The notes under the pieces were generated by a model. That model saw nothing but the letters and a program-made list of their open reading frames with translations. It ran no database searches and was not told the DNA's origin. DNA of 60,321 nt from Pseudomonadota bacterium (GTDB taxonomy: Bacteria; Pseudomonadota; Alphaproteobacteria; Rhodobacterales; Rhodobacteraceae): assembly GCA_039024825.1 (NCBI GenBank), contig JBCCPQ010000001.1:1-60321 (forward strand), given 5' to 3'. Positions 41,215 through 50,493 of the stretch are shown here, one piece after another; positions within the stretch are counted from its first letter, which is position 1; each line of letters opens with the position of its first letter. A program made the position numbers and the translations under genes.

Positions 41215-41874
41215 TCAATTCTCCAATCTGTCGGACCGGATCGCGTATTCGAGCACGGTGAAGCCGAAGGGGTTGGTCCAGACCTGATCGATGGTGCGCG
41301 CGGTCTCCGGTCGAAATTCGAAGAGGAGTGTTGCGGTGAAGAGGCCGGCTTGGGTCCCTTGAATGGAGGTGAGCTGTTTGCGGAGCCGGACCGTCGCGCG
41401 GTTTTCACCGATCAGGTTGATGCTCAGGACTTCGACATCGAGCGTGGAACTCTCGCCATAGATTGTTGGCGGATATTGCGGGTTTGCGCTGTTCCATTGC
41501 GCCATGACGGATGCGTTCGCACGACCATCGGAGCGCTGTAGGACGCTGCGTATCCGAACGTCATTGTCGAGCTGGTTGTAGACCTCGCGGTCTGTCACGT
41601 AGCGGAAGATCTCCGCTTCGATCACGGCCTGATTGCCCGTGACTTGCGTGGCCCCGACGGACGCTTCGGGCAGTGCGAACCCGGTCTCGGGATCATACGG
41701 AACGACGACTGGGGGTGGGTCGACATCCAGGATCGCGACCATGACCGCGCCGAGACAGCCGATGAGCCCGAAGATCAATCCGAGGAGGCCCAGGCGTTGC
41801 CAGAGACGCTCTCGACGCAAGGCACCGTAGACCAGTTCCTCTTCGATGATCTCGCGTTCACTGTTCAACGTCAC
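41215..41874 (-). CDS. virB8: T4SS VirB8
   Basis: Single TM helix, YVTDREVY, NPFGFTVLEY. Confidence 0.92.
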   Translation of the reverse strand: MTLNSEREIIEEELVYGALRRERLWQRLGLLGLIFGLIGCLGAVMVAILDVDPPPVVVPYDPETGFALPEASVGATQVTGNQAVIEAEIFRYVTDREVYNQLDNDVRIRSVLQRSDGRANASVMAQWNSANPQYPPTIYGESSTLDVEVLSINLIGENRATVRLRKQLTSIQGTQAGLFTATLLFEFRPETARTIDQVWTNPFGFTVLEYAIRSDRLEN

Positions 41875-41886
41875 ATGCCTCGACGA

Positions 41887-42720
41887 TCAGTCACCCAGGT
41901 TTGGAATGGTGAACTCCATGAAGTTCTGTTCTTCGGCGACTGTGGCCGCGTCGATGACGCCGCCGGTGCCGTCGCCCACGGTCTGCACGGCGTCGAGCTG
42001 CCACATCGCGACGAGGGCAATGGCGAGTTCGGCGGTCACACGAGTGTTGAGATCGACGCTTTCCTTGAGCTCATCCATGTCATCAATGAGCCCGACGAGG
42101 CGCTCCACGCGCTCGAGCGACTGGCCGGCATCGTCATAGCTGTTTTGGGCGGCCGCGGAGACGAGCGCTCCGGTGGTCGCTTGTGTTGCGATGCGTTCCG
42201 CTCCGGCATTGCCGCTGGTGGCCATGTCGCGGAGCGTGTCCTCATCAAAACCCAGTTCTGCCAATACGCGGTCCATCTGGGTTTCGATCTCGGCGGCGCC
42301 TGAACCGCTTAGCCCGGAAAAGTCGCCACTGCGGATAGCCTGGATCGTCGCCTGGATATCCCCGAATTCCTGATCGAGGATGCCGTTCAGTTCGACTTCC
42401 ATTTCCGTGGCGATCACTTCTGGCAGTTCTGCGAGACGGGTCAGGGCCTCGTAGGTGCGCTGCAATTCGGCCAATTGATCGGTGAGCGTGGTAAGTTGTT
42501 CCCGCAACTGCAGGAGCTGTTCGTTCTGCAGAATCTCGTCTTCGATCATCTGGCGCAGCTGTTGAATGTTCTGGGCGATGTTTTGGGTGTCGACGACCGG
42601 GACACCTTGAGCGAGGGCCGGAACGGGAGCGAAGGTCGCGGAAAAGGCGATGCCGCTGAGCGGCAGTAGCGCGGTGACCGTCAGTGTCTGAAAGGCCTTG
42701 AGACGCGGTTCGGTGCGCAT
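41887..42720 (-). CDS. virB5: T4SS VirB5-like pilus-tip protein
   Basis: AQGVPVVD, Q-rich coiled coil, LKESVDLNTR. Confidence 0.85.
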   Translation of the reverse strand: MRTEPRLKAFQTLTVTALLPLSGIAFSATFAPVPALAQGVPVVDTQNIAQNIQQLRQMIEDEILQNEQLLQLREQLTTLTDQLAELQRTYEALTRLAELPEVIATEMEVELNGILDQEFGDIQATIQAIRSGDFSGLSGSGAAEIETQMDRVLAELGFDEDTLRDMATSGNAGAERIATQATTGALVSAAAQNSYDDAGQSLERVERLVGLIDDMDELKESVDLNTRVTAELAIALVAMWQLDAVQTVGDGTGGVIDAATVAEEQNFMEFTIPNLGD

Positions 42721-43874
42721 CAGTCCAGTTCCTTTATGATGAAAGTCATGAAGTCTTGTTCTCGCATTCGGGCGGCCGCCAAGCGCATCTGTTCGGCGCT
42801 CCAAGGTTGGGTGCGGGCTGCCTGAAGCCGTATTATCGCCGCGATCAGTCGGACCAATTCGGCGCGCGCATACGTGTTCAGCGCCATCGACTCCTGCACG
42901 TCCGCCGTGGTGCCGATGCGTGTCACGATATCGCGCACGCGAAGTGCCGCTTGTCGGACGGCGGTCGGCGAATTGTCGCCATAGAGCGCCGCGCTTGCGC
43001 CGGTCAGCGAGAGGTTTGAGTTCGCCAGGAGCGAGGGGTCGATGGTGCCGAGCGCCTCGATTCCACCGATCCGCGCCAAATACGCATTGTATTGTTGCGG
43101 GATGACGGTGACGTAGTGCTGGGTTTCCCGGAAGGGCGGCACGCCGCCATATTCGACGACGCGCCCGGGTCCGGCGTTGTAAGCCGCGAGCGCAAAGATG
43201 ACGTTGCCGTCGAAGCGGGCGAGCTGATCCGACAGATACCGCGCGCCACCCTCGACCTGGAGGTAGGGGCTGGTGCGGTATTCTGGGTTGATGCCGAGAT
43301 CGCTTGCCGTGCCTGGCATGATCTGGGTGAGACCATAGGCGCCTACAGGGCTTTCGGCGCGTATCACGAAGCGGCTCTCCTGCCAGATCAGCGCTTGGAG
43401 AAGTGCGCGCCACTGCACGACCGAGAGACCGGCGGCAGAGATACCGGGTCGCCCATGAGTTTCCTGCGCCACGCGGATGATGAGCTCTTCGATATTCTCC
43501 GCCGCATCCCCGAACATCTGATCGCCCGCGGGGTTTGGGTCGATGTCAGCCGTGCCGTAGACGGAAGCCACCGAGCGTTCGGCATCGTTGTTTCCGCCTT
43601 CAAGGTCCGCAACCATGCCAGTGATGGAGGCGCTGTCGAAGCTCGTTTGCGCGCCGAGAATGGCGTCCAGAACCGCGAGCTGCTCCCGTTCGATCTGGGA
43701 AATCTGTTCCTGGACCGTCAGCGTCTTGCGCTGCACGGCGAGATCGGCTTCCCGGTCGGCCGTTTCGATCAGATCGCGCGCAGTCAGCCCGCCGTCAGTT
43801 GCCGGCACGCCTTGCGCAAGCGCGAAAGTCGATGCGCCGATCAGAAGTAGCATGGCGACCAGGGGTCTACTCAT
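42720..43874 (-). CDS. Lytic transglycosylase with VirB5-like flanks
   Basis: AQGVPATD; QESRF, GAYGLTQIMPGTA, ALAAYNAG, ETQHYV. Confidence 0.88.
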   Translation of the reverse strand: MSRPLVAMLLLIGASTFALAQGVPATDGGLTARDLIETADREADLAVQRKTLTVQEQISQIEREQLAVLDAILGAQTSFDSASITGMVADLEGGNNDAERSVASVYGTADIDPNPAGDQMFGDAAENIEELIIRVAQETHGRPGISAAGLSVVQWRALLQALIWQESRFVIRAESPVGAYGLTQIMPGTASDLGINPEYRTSPYLQVEGGARYLSDQLARFDGNVIFALAAYNAGPGRVVEYGGVPPFRETQHYVTVIPQQYNAYLARIGGIEALGTIDPSLLANSNLSLTGASAALYGDNSPTAVRQAALRVRDIVTRIGTTADVQESMALNTYARAELVRLIAAIIRLQAARTQPWSAEQMRLAAARMREQDFMTFIIKELD

Positions 43875-44034
43875 TGACAAGGTCCCGGAAGTTGGCACCG
43901 CCAAGCGCTTGGAAGTTGCAGTCGAGCGGGGCTGGGCCCTGAGAGACAAGGGCAAAGCAATTTGCCTCCGGTTCGCGGTAGTTGGAGCAGGCGGCCAGGG
44001 CGCAAGTCAGCAGAGCGAGGGACAGTGTTTTCAT
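43867..44034 (-). CDS. Small lipoprotein, VirB7-like (55 aa, below the ORF-track cutoff)
   Basis: MKTLSLALLTCALAAC|SNYREPEANCF...; lipobox LAAC; ATGA overlap with the virB4 stop. Confidence 0.75.
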   Translation of the reverse strand: MKTLSLALLTCALAACSNYREPEANCFALVSQGPAPLDCNFQALGGANFRDLVNE

Positions 44035-46403
44035 GAAAGGAGCTTCCAGAAATCGGGTCGGTCGCGGTAATCGGTGCCGACGAGCTTTTCGCCCGCCTCC
44101 ATACCGCCAAGGATGGTGAGATTGGGTCCGAGTGCGCTGAGATCGGCATCGATGACGACCGAGCCCTGGTCATCGCGGATGAGCGCAAGTCGGGAGTTGG
44201 TGCCAGTGTTCAGGAGCGTATCGAGCTCTTTTTGGTAGAGATTGAGCATCGCATAGTCAGAGGCATTGGCCCGGATGTTCGGCAGGAGGATTTGTGTCGG
44301 CACGGCCTCGGCGATGGTCTTGCCGGTGCGCGTACGTTCAAGCTGACTCGCGTATTGAGTCATCATGACAGCGACGGTGTTCTGTTTCCGGGCCGTGACG
44401 AGCCACTGGGATAGGCGCTCGGCAAAATAAGCGTTGTCGAGCGCTTTCCAGGCCTCGTCGATGATGATGAGTGTCGGGCGGCGGTCCTCGATCTTCCGCT
44501 CGATCCGACGGAAGAGGTAGCTCAGGAGCGCCATGCGCTCCTTGTCGCTTTCGCTGTCGAGAATGCCTGTGAGGTCGAAGCCAACCATGTCGCCATCAAG
44601 CGAGAAGGTGTCTTCAAGGCTGTGTCCGAAGATCCAGCCGAACCGGCCCTTTCCGGCCCATTCAAGAACGCGTTGGTTCAGATCCCCGTCATCATCCATG
44701 GACATGAAGAGCGAGGCGAAGTTCTGCCAATCCCGTAAGCCCGGGTCGGTGGCTTGGGCGTTCTGACGGACGCACTCCATGATACGATTGGTCTGGGCCG
44801 GTGTGAGCGGTTTGTCTTCGCGGTGGAGGAGCGTGCCGAACCAGTAGGCGAGCCAGGCGATGCCGCGGCTGTCGGTCTCGGTCCAGAGCGGGTTGAGACC
44901 CGTGGGCATGCCGCCTTGGATGGTCGTGTAGCGGCCTCCATTGGCACGCACCGCCATTTCCATGCCCTGGCGATAGTCGAAGACGAAGACCCGCGCCCCG
45001 GCGCGCTTGGCCTGGGTCATGAGGAAGGCTGCAAGAACTGATTTGCCAGAGCCGGACCGTCCCATGATGAGCGTGTGGCCACTGGTGGGTTCTTTCTTAG
45101 GCGATCCCGCCTCGTGGAACGAGAAAAGATAGGCGCTCCTTTCCGGAGTGGGGAAGAGCGAGATCACCTTGCCCCAAGAGACCTCATCGCCTTGCTTGCC
45201 AAGTTGCGTCCGATGGAAGGCCGCGAAATCGGCGAAGTTGCGGTTGGTGATCGTGCTTGCGCGGAGCCGTTTGGGTTGATTGCCGGGATGCTGGCTGAAG
45301 AAATGCGTGTTCGCACCGAAGCGGTCACTCACCATGGTCACGCCCTCGGACGCAGCGGCATTCACAATCTCGGCGCCGAGGGTTTCCAGCGCATCGAGGG
45401 TTTCGGCAAAAACCGTGACCACCATGTGGTGATCGCCCATGCTCGCGCGTTTGGCCTCGAGATCATCTGCGAGGAAGGAGAGGTTTTCGCGGAGCGAGAC
45501 TGCCGCGTCATCGGCGGCCTGCATTTGCTTCACCTGCCGCTTGATCCGCGAGATCGTCATGTTCGTGTTCACGGGTGTGAAGGAGTGCGTGACGATCATG
45601 TCGACGGGCAGGTTCAGCGTGTCGAACATCGTGCAGCTTGTCTGTTCGGAGTAATCCTTGATCGAGTAGGTCTTGCCGAAGCGGCGCCCGGCAGCGCCCT
45701 CGCTCAGCTCAAGATGATCGCCGAAGAAAGTCACGCGCGTGTTCGCGGCCGAGGAGGCGAGGAATCCGAACTGCGAGCTGTGAAAAAGTGGGCGTTCCCG
45801 GCCCGTATTGAGCGCGCCGAGAAAGCCCACCAGGTCTCCGGTCCCGGCTGAGAGCACGGATGGCTTCAATTCCGCCAGACCGGAGGTAAAAATTCCGACT
45901 GCTTCGCTCAATCGACGCAGCCGCTTGCCAGTTTCGTCTTTCAACCGCTCCGGCGAGGGGCTTTGCATGAAGCTCAGGAAGCTTCTGGTCGGCGGACGGT
46001 GGATAACGGTTAGAGTAAGCGTCTTGTCCCGCAACCCGCTGGTTTCCATCTTTCCGCGCCATTGCGCGTCGATCATGGCAGCGAACGTGTCGCCCTCGAT
46101 GGGATCAATATCGACCTGGATACCCTTCGAGACCTTGTGGACGTAGTAGGAAAATTCTTCGCCGAGCTGCGCAACGATCCGGGCGAAGAGCGCGCGCACT
46201 TTGTCGAGATAGTCGTCGTCGGTTGTGTAGCTGTTGACGCCGGTGATACGGATGCACTGGAAGAGTTCATTCACGCGGGTGCGCACCGTGCGATCATCGA
46301 CGAGGCTCACATAGGGAAGCATATGCGCCAGATGCTTCTCGTGCTGAAACCATTTCGGCATCAGCGTACGCTCGTCGCGCTCCGTCACGTCATCACGGGG
46401 CAT
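44031..46403 (-). CDS. virB4: T4SS ATPase VirB4
   Basis: GHTLIMGRSGSGKS, FDYRQG, IIIDEAW, ARKQN. Confidence 0.95.
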   Translation of the reverse strand: MPRDDVTERDERTLMPKWFQHEKHLAHMLPYVSLVDDRTVRTRVNELFQCIRITGVNSYTTDDDYLDKVRALFARIVAQLGEEFSYYVHKVSKGIQVDIDPIEGDTFAAMIDAQWRGKMETSGLRDKTLTLTVIHRPPTRSFLSFMQSPSPERLKDETGKRLRRLSEAVGIFTSGLAELKPSVLSAGTGDLVGFLGALNTGRERPLFHSSQFGFLASSAANTRVTFFGDHLELSEGAAGRRFGKTYSIKDYSEQTSCTMFDTLNLPVDMIVTHSFTPVNTNMTISRIKRQVKQMQAADDAAVSLRENLSFLADDLEAKRASMGDHHMVVTVFAETLDALETLGAEIVNAAASEGVTMVSDRFGANTHFFSQHPGNQPKRLRASTITNRNFADFAAFHRTQLGKQGDEVSWGKVISLFPTPERSAYLFSFHEAGSPKKEPTSGHTLIMGRSGSGKSVLAAFLMTQAKRAGARVFVFDYRQGMEMAVRANGGRYTTIQGGMPTGLNPLWTETDSRGIAWLAYWFGTLLHREDKPLTPAQTNRIMECVRQNAQATDPGLRDWQNFASLFMSMDDDGDLNQRVLEWAGKGRFGWIFGHSLEDTFSLDGDMVGFDLTGILDSESDKERMALLSYLFRRIERKIEDRRPTLIIIDEAWKALDNAYFAERLSQWLVTARKQNTVAVMMTQYASQLERTRTGKTIAEAVPTQILLPNIRANASDYAMLNLYQKELDTLLNTGTNSRLALIRDDQGSVVIDADLSALGPNLTILGGMEAGEKLVGTDYRDRPDFWKLLS

Positions 46404-46671
46404 AGCTATCGCCTCCGTGGATTTTGCGATTTCGGGTTGGGGGCGTATCCTGAAGGATGGTCATCGCGACATCAATGAAGCGGGGATCCCAATCGGCGGC
46501 TTTCCAGAGCATCGGATAGAGAACTGCTGCGATGGCGAGGACGATGAAGCTCTGGGTCCAGACGAAGAGCAGAACGGACCCGAAGAGCCAGATCACGGCA
46601 TACATGATCGGCAGACCGAAGAGTTTCGGAGGGCGCACGAGGCCAAGGAAGAGGGGAGATCGTTCGGCCAC
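46393..46671 (-). CDS. virB3: T4SS VirB3
   Basis: PLFLGLVRPPKLFGLP, WDPRF, GDSYAP; GTG start. Confidence 0.88.
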   Translation of the reverse strand: MAERSPLFLGLVRPPKLFGLPIMYAVIWLFGSVLLFVWTQSFIVLAIAAVLYPMLWKAADWDPRFIDVAMTILQDTPPTRNRKIHGGDSYAP

Positions 46672-46681
46672 AAGCAACCTC

Positions 46682-46966
46682 TCAGCTGAAGACGGTGGCC
46701 ACGATCGTGGGCGCCGCGGCAACACCAGCCACGCCGAGCAGCACCCAGAGCGCCTGGCGCAGGTCAATGATGTTGAAGAACCAAGTCAGAAAAACGCCGA
46801 TCACCGCGAGCGTGGCGATGACGACACCGAGCGGGCCGGTGAGCGCATCCACGATGCCCTGCAAAAGGTCCTGAATAGGCGACAGATCAATCGATTGCGC
46901 CACGGCGGGATCGGCCAGCGCGACAAAGACCGTCAGCACCGTCAAAGGTAGGGGTAGGGGCCTCAT
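46682..46966 (-). CDS. virB2: T4SS pilin VirB2/TrbC
   Basis: Signal peptide, IVDALTGPLG, two hydrophobic helices. Confidence 0.9.
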   Translation of the reverse strand: MRPLPLPLTVLTVFVALADPAVAQSIDLSPIQDLLQGIVDALTGPLGVVIATLAVIGVFLTWFFNIIDLRQALWVLLGVAGVAAAPTIVATVFS

Positions 46967-47592
46967 GGGGTTTCTCCTTCCAGCCTGTTGAACACGGCCA
47001 GCACCCGCTGAACGTGATCCTGCGTCTCTCGATACGGGGGGATGCCGTTATGCTTCCGCACGGCTTCTGGACCCGCGTTGTAAGCGGCGAGCGCCAGGCG
47101 CGCGTCCCCGAAGGTCTCGAGCTGAGTGGCCAGATACCGAGCAGAGCCGTCGAGATTGGCGCGCCAGTCGAAGGGATCAACGCCGAGGATTTCGGCGGTG
47201 CCAGGCATCAGTTGGCCAAGACCAATTGCTCCCACCCGAGACCGGGCGCTCTGGTCGTAGGCGCTTTCGATTTCGATATTGGCGCGGAAGAGGAGGCGCC
47301 ACTCGGTGACTGTCAGGCCGGATGCACGCACGCCCAGATGACTCGCGTAGCGCAGAGCTGTCTCGTCCAAGGCGGCGAGGATGTCGGGTCGCGGGACGAC
47401 GGCGACAGGAGCGACGGCGGCAACTCGAAATAACCCGTCGCCGGTATCTGCATCGGCGGCGCTGTCACGGCCAAAGATGTACAGCGGCGCGTCGGGATCG
47501 CCTTGGCCAATCCCGTCGTTGTAGTTGCGTGCGAAGGTATCTTGGGAGTTCGAAGGGGAAAGCGAGCCGTCGCTCTTCATCGTGAAGATCAT
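46963..47592 (-). CDS. virB1: Lytic transglycosylase VirB1-like (true start probably slightly upstream)
   Basis: IESAY, GAIGLGQLMPGTA, ALAAYNAG, ETQDHV; signal-like stretch precedes ATG 47592 in frame. Confidence 0.85.
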   Translation of the reverse strand: MIFTMKSDGSLSPSNSQDTFARNYNDGIGQGDPDAPLYIFGRDSAADADTGDGLFRVAAVAPVAVVPRPDILAALDETALRYASHLGVRASGLTVTEWRLLFRANIEIESAYDQSARSRVGAIGLGQLMPGTAEILGVDPFDWRANLDGSARYLATQLETFGDARLALAAYNAGPEAVRKHNGIPPYRETQDHVQRVLAVFNRLEGETP

Positions 47593-47635
47593 CTGCGTTG
47601 TAGCGGCCGGAGCCGCGAACAGCAGAAGGCAAAGG

Positions 47636-48004
47636 CTAGCTGTCGCTATCCTCGTCGAGGTCCGGCGTATCCGCCAGCGTGTAGGTCCAGCGCTGACCTT
47701 CATAGACTGGGAACGCCACCACCGAGAAGCCGAGATCGATGAGGAAAGAGGTGAGGCCTGTGACGGTCTTGAAGACTCGCAGCTGTATGAAGTCGCCATC
47801 AGGGCGTGCCCGGGCGGTAACGAGTTCCTTCTCGACCCCGTCTTCGTTGACGGCCCGCAAGAGCCAGACGCCATGCCAAACGGAGTTTTTCCGATAGGCG
47901 TCCTGCTTGCACACGACTTCGACACTGTATCCGGATTCAACGAGCATCTTGAATCCTGCTTCTGTGACCACATTCGGCGCTTCTTTTTGCAGGTCTATTG
48001 GCAC
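47636..48004 (-). CDS. Hypothetical protein heading the virB operon
   Basis: GAGG RBS before GTG, coding-like ORF contiguous with virB1. Confidence 0.65.
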   Translation of the reverse strand: MPIDLQKEAPNVVTEAGFKMLVESGYSVEVVCKQDAYRKNSVWHGVWLLRAVNEDGVEKELVTARARPDGDFIQLRVFKTVTGLTSFLIDLGFSVVAFPVYEGQRWTYTLADTPDLDEDSDS

Positions 48005-48175
48005 AGCGCGCCCTCGTTTGGTCTTGGGCGCACCGGAGCCATTGGTTCCGATGCGCTATGACTACAATAGTACTGTTTTGTTTGCAAGATGCGTTTTTGT
48101 ATTGCTGAAGCCCTTGCTCTGGGTCACTGTTACGCACGCGAGAGCCCGGTTCTCAAGCATCGAAGGCCTGTTACA

Positions 48176-48463
48176 GTGCGCAAACAGAACACCTGTATCC
48201 GGCATGCTGCTGTATTATTGTCGCTTTTGCTGCCAGGCTTGGCGCATGCCGAAACCTGCTATGCGCCGGAGCGGCCGTTTATGCCGCCGGATCTGCGAGA
48301 CCTCCGCGAGTACCACGACCTGATCCGGGCTGATTTCGAGCTCTACTTTGAGTACATCCAGGCTTACTTCCGCTGCCTCGAAGAGGAGCGGGCGCGGGCA
48401 TTCGAAGAGGCAAGGCAGGTCGCCGAAGACTACGGGCAATTTCTTCAGATCGTCGGGCGGTGA
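48176..48463 (+). CDS. Small secreted helical protein divergent from virB (start uncertain)
   Basis: LLSLLLPGLAHA|ETCYAPERPF...YFRCLEEER. Confidence 0.65.
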   Translation: MRKQNTCIRHAAVLLSLLLPGLAHAETCYAPERPFMPPDLRDLREYHDLIRADFELYFEYIQAYFRCLEEERARAFEEARQVAEDYGQFLQIVGR

Positions 48464-48893
48464 GTAAGCTTCGGTCCGTTCGCCCGAAGGCCTTTCCACG
48501 AAAAGCAAAGCCCTAACGCGGAAATCGTACTACGCGACGTATGCCTCGCTCATCCGGGGCGATCTGCGCCGCGGCCAGCTCATCGAACGATAAGCATCGG
48601 TATGAATGATCGTTTCAGCGATTGTTCTAGAGCGAAAGCTTGGGGTTCCATATGCCTCTAGATGTGCATTTTGGAGCGTTCCAAAAGCTGGAAGAGGCCT
48701 ATGCGGAACAGCTCGACCGTTCCATCCGCTCGTGCTATCTGAGTGCAGGGAAACGCTACGGGTACACAAGTGAACACCAGCCGGAGCACACGCACTCCGC
48801 GATGCCCCGTCCTTCACCTTAAAGCAATTTCTTGATCCTGTGACTGCAACAATGCAATTCTGTGAGTCTAATGCAGCAGCCTGGGGGATCAAG

Positions 48894-50477
48894 ATGCTGC
48901 GGATCGAGTTGGGCGCCGCCGTCTCGGTGGTGGCCGGAACCGGCGAGCCCGTAGTCCTCCGCTCCCGCCGGGGGTTAGCTTTGCTCGCCGTATTGGCGAC
49001 CGCAGATCGGCACGAACGGTCGCGGGCGTCGATCCAAGCGATGCTTTGGCCGCGGTCCGAGGAGGCGCAGGCGCAGGGCAGTCTGCGTACGCTGTTGTCG
49101 GCCCTGCGTACCGCGCTCGGCGCCGACGGCGATGCACTCCGATCCGATGCCGGGATGCTTTCGCTGGACGGCGTGACCGTGACGCGGCGCTCGGACGAGG
49201 CGTCGGAGTTCTTCGAGAACGCGCCGGCCCTGGGTGAGGCCTTCGAGGATTGGCTCACGCTCGAACGGAGCCGCGCCCGGTCCGCGCCCGGGGTGGAAGC
49301 CGCCGCGCCGCGGCACGGTTGCGATCGCCACGCCCAACGCCTCCGCGTGGTCCTGCTCCCACCGATCACGCGTGGCGATGGCATTGCGGAAGAGTTGGCC
49401 GCCGCGCGATTGTCGAACGCGGTGGTGGACCGGCTGCATGTCCATGACGGCGGGATCGAAATCCTCGACACCAGCTTCGGGATGCCGTTCGACCTCGCGG
49501 ATTGCGCGACGGATGCCGCCTTTCAATTGTCCGTCCAATCCGTTGACGGGGTGGCCTTCGCCTCGGCCCGGGTCTTCGACGCGAGCACGAACGCGGTTCT
49601 CTGGTCCGGCACGGCGGAGGCCGATATAGGCGGGATCGGCCCGCGCGCCTCTGCCAACCTGGAGTGCTTCGCCAACCGCGTCAGCGATGCCCTGATCGTC
49701 GCCTTGCTGCGGTTGGCCGACGGGCGCGACGGCCGGGCGCGGACCCTGGTCGGCGCAATGCACCAAATCCTGAGCATGTCGACCGAGGCGCAGACCCGGG
49801 CGCGTGAGACGCTGCGCCATCATTTGAACCGGGCGACGGCTGCGGCGTGGTATGCCTTCTCCCTCGCCCATACCTTCGGAGAGGTCGGCGAGGGTGCGGC
49901 CATCTACGAAGAGGCCGAAGCCCAGGTGCGCCGGGCCGTCGAGTTGGACCCGACCAACGCGATGGTCCTGGCGTTGGCCGGACATGTCGAAGGGTTCCTC
50001 CTGCGGCGGCGGGACTACGGTGCCACCCTGTTGCGGTCCGCGGTCCGGATCGCGCCCTCGAGCGCGATGGTCTGGGATCTGTCCGCGATGAACGCACTCT
50101 ATTGCGGCGACACCCGGACAGCCTTGATCCACGGCCATCGTGCGGTGCGTTTCGGCCGCCACAGTCCCTATGCGGCACTCTATGCATCGTCGCTGTCGAT
50201 CGCGGCGGCGGCCCATGGACGCCATTCGCTCGCAATCCGGTCGGGGCAGATGGTCCTGACCCGCTTGCCGGGCTTCCTGGCGGTGGAACGCCACCTCTTC
50301 GGCAGCCTCGCGACGACGGGCCGCGTGGAGGAAGCGCGTGCGGTCGCGCGGCGGATCCGGAAGCGGGATGCGCGCTTCCGGCCCTCCCATCTCGACGACC
50401 CAAGCTACACGCTGCCGTCGCAGGACAGCGTGGCCTTGATACGCAGTGGATTCGAACGCGCCGGCTTATCGGCGTGA
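48894..50477 (+). CDS. SARP/AfsR-like wHTH + TPR transcriptional regulator
   Basis: ALLAVLA...RSRASIQAMLWP...AQGSLRTLLSALR, FEDWLTLER, C-terminal TPR-like helices (RAVELDPTNA, AVRIAPSSA). Confidence 0.8.
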   Translation: MLRIELGAAVSVVAGTGEPVVLRSRRGLALLAVLATADRHERSRASIQAMLWPRSEEAQAQGSLRTLLSALRTALGADGDALRSDAGMLSLDGVTVTRRSDEASEFFENAPALGEAFEDWLTLERSRARSAPGVEAAAPRHGCDRHAQRLRVVLLPPITRGDGIAEELAAARLSNAVVDRLHVHDGGIEILDTSFGMPFDLADCATDAAFQLSVQSVDGVAFASARVFDASTNAVLWSGTAEADIGGIGPRASANLECFANRVSDALIVALLRLADGRDGRARTLVGAMHQILSMSTEAQTRARETLRHHLNRATAAAWYAFSLAHTFGEVGEGAAIYEEAEAQVRRAVELDPTNAMVLALAGHVEGFLLRRRDYGATLLRSAVRIAPSSAMVWDLSAMNALYCGDTRTALIHGHRAVRFGRHSPYAALYASSLSIAAAAHGRHSLAIRSGQMVLTRLPGFLAVERHLFGSLATTGRVEEARAVARRIRKRDARFRPSHLDDPSYTLPSQDSVALIRSGFERAGLSA

Positions 50478-50493
50478 TGCAGGAGATCGACCC

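Noticed and set aside
48652-48822. Small ORF upstream of the SARP-like regulator
   Set aside because: No clear RBS or motif; coding status unsupported
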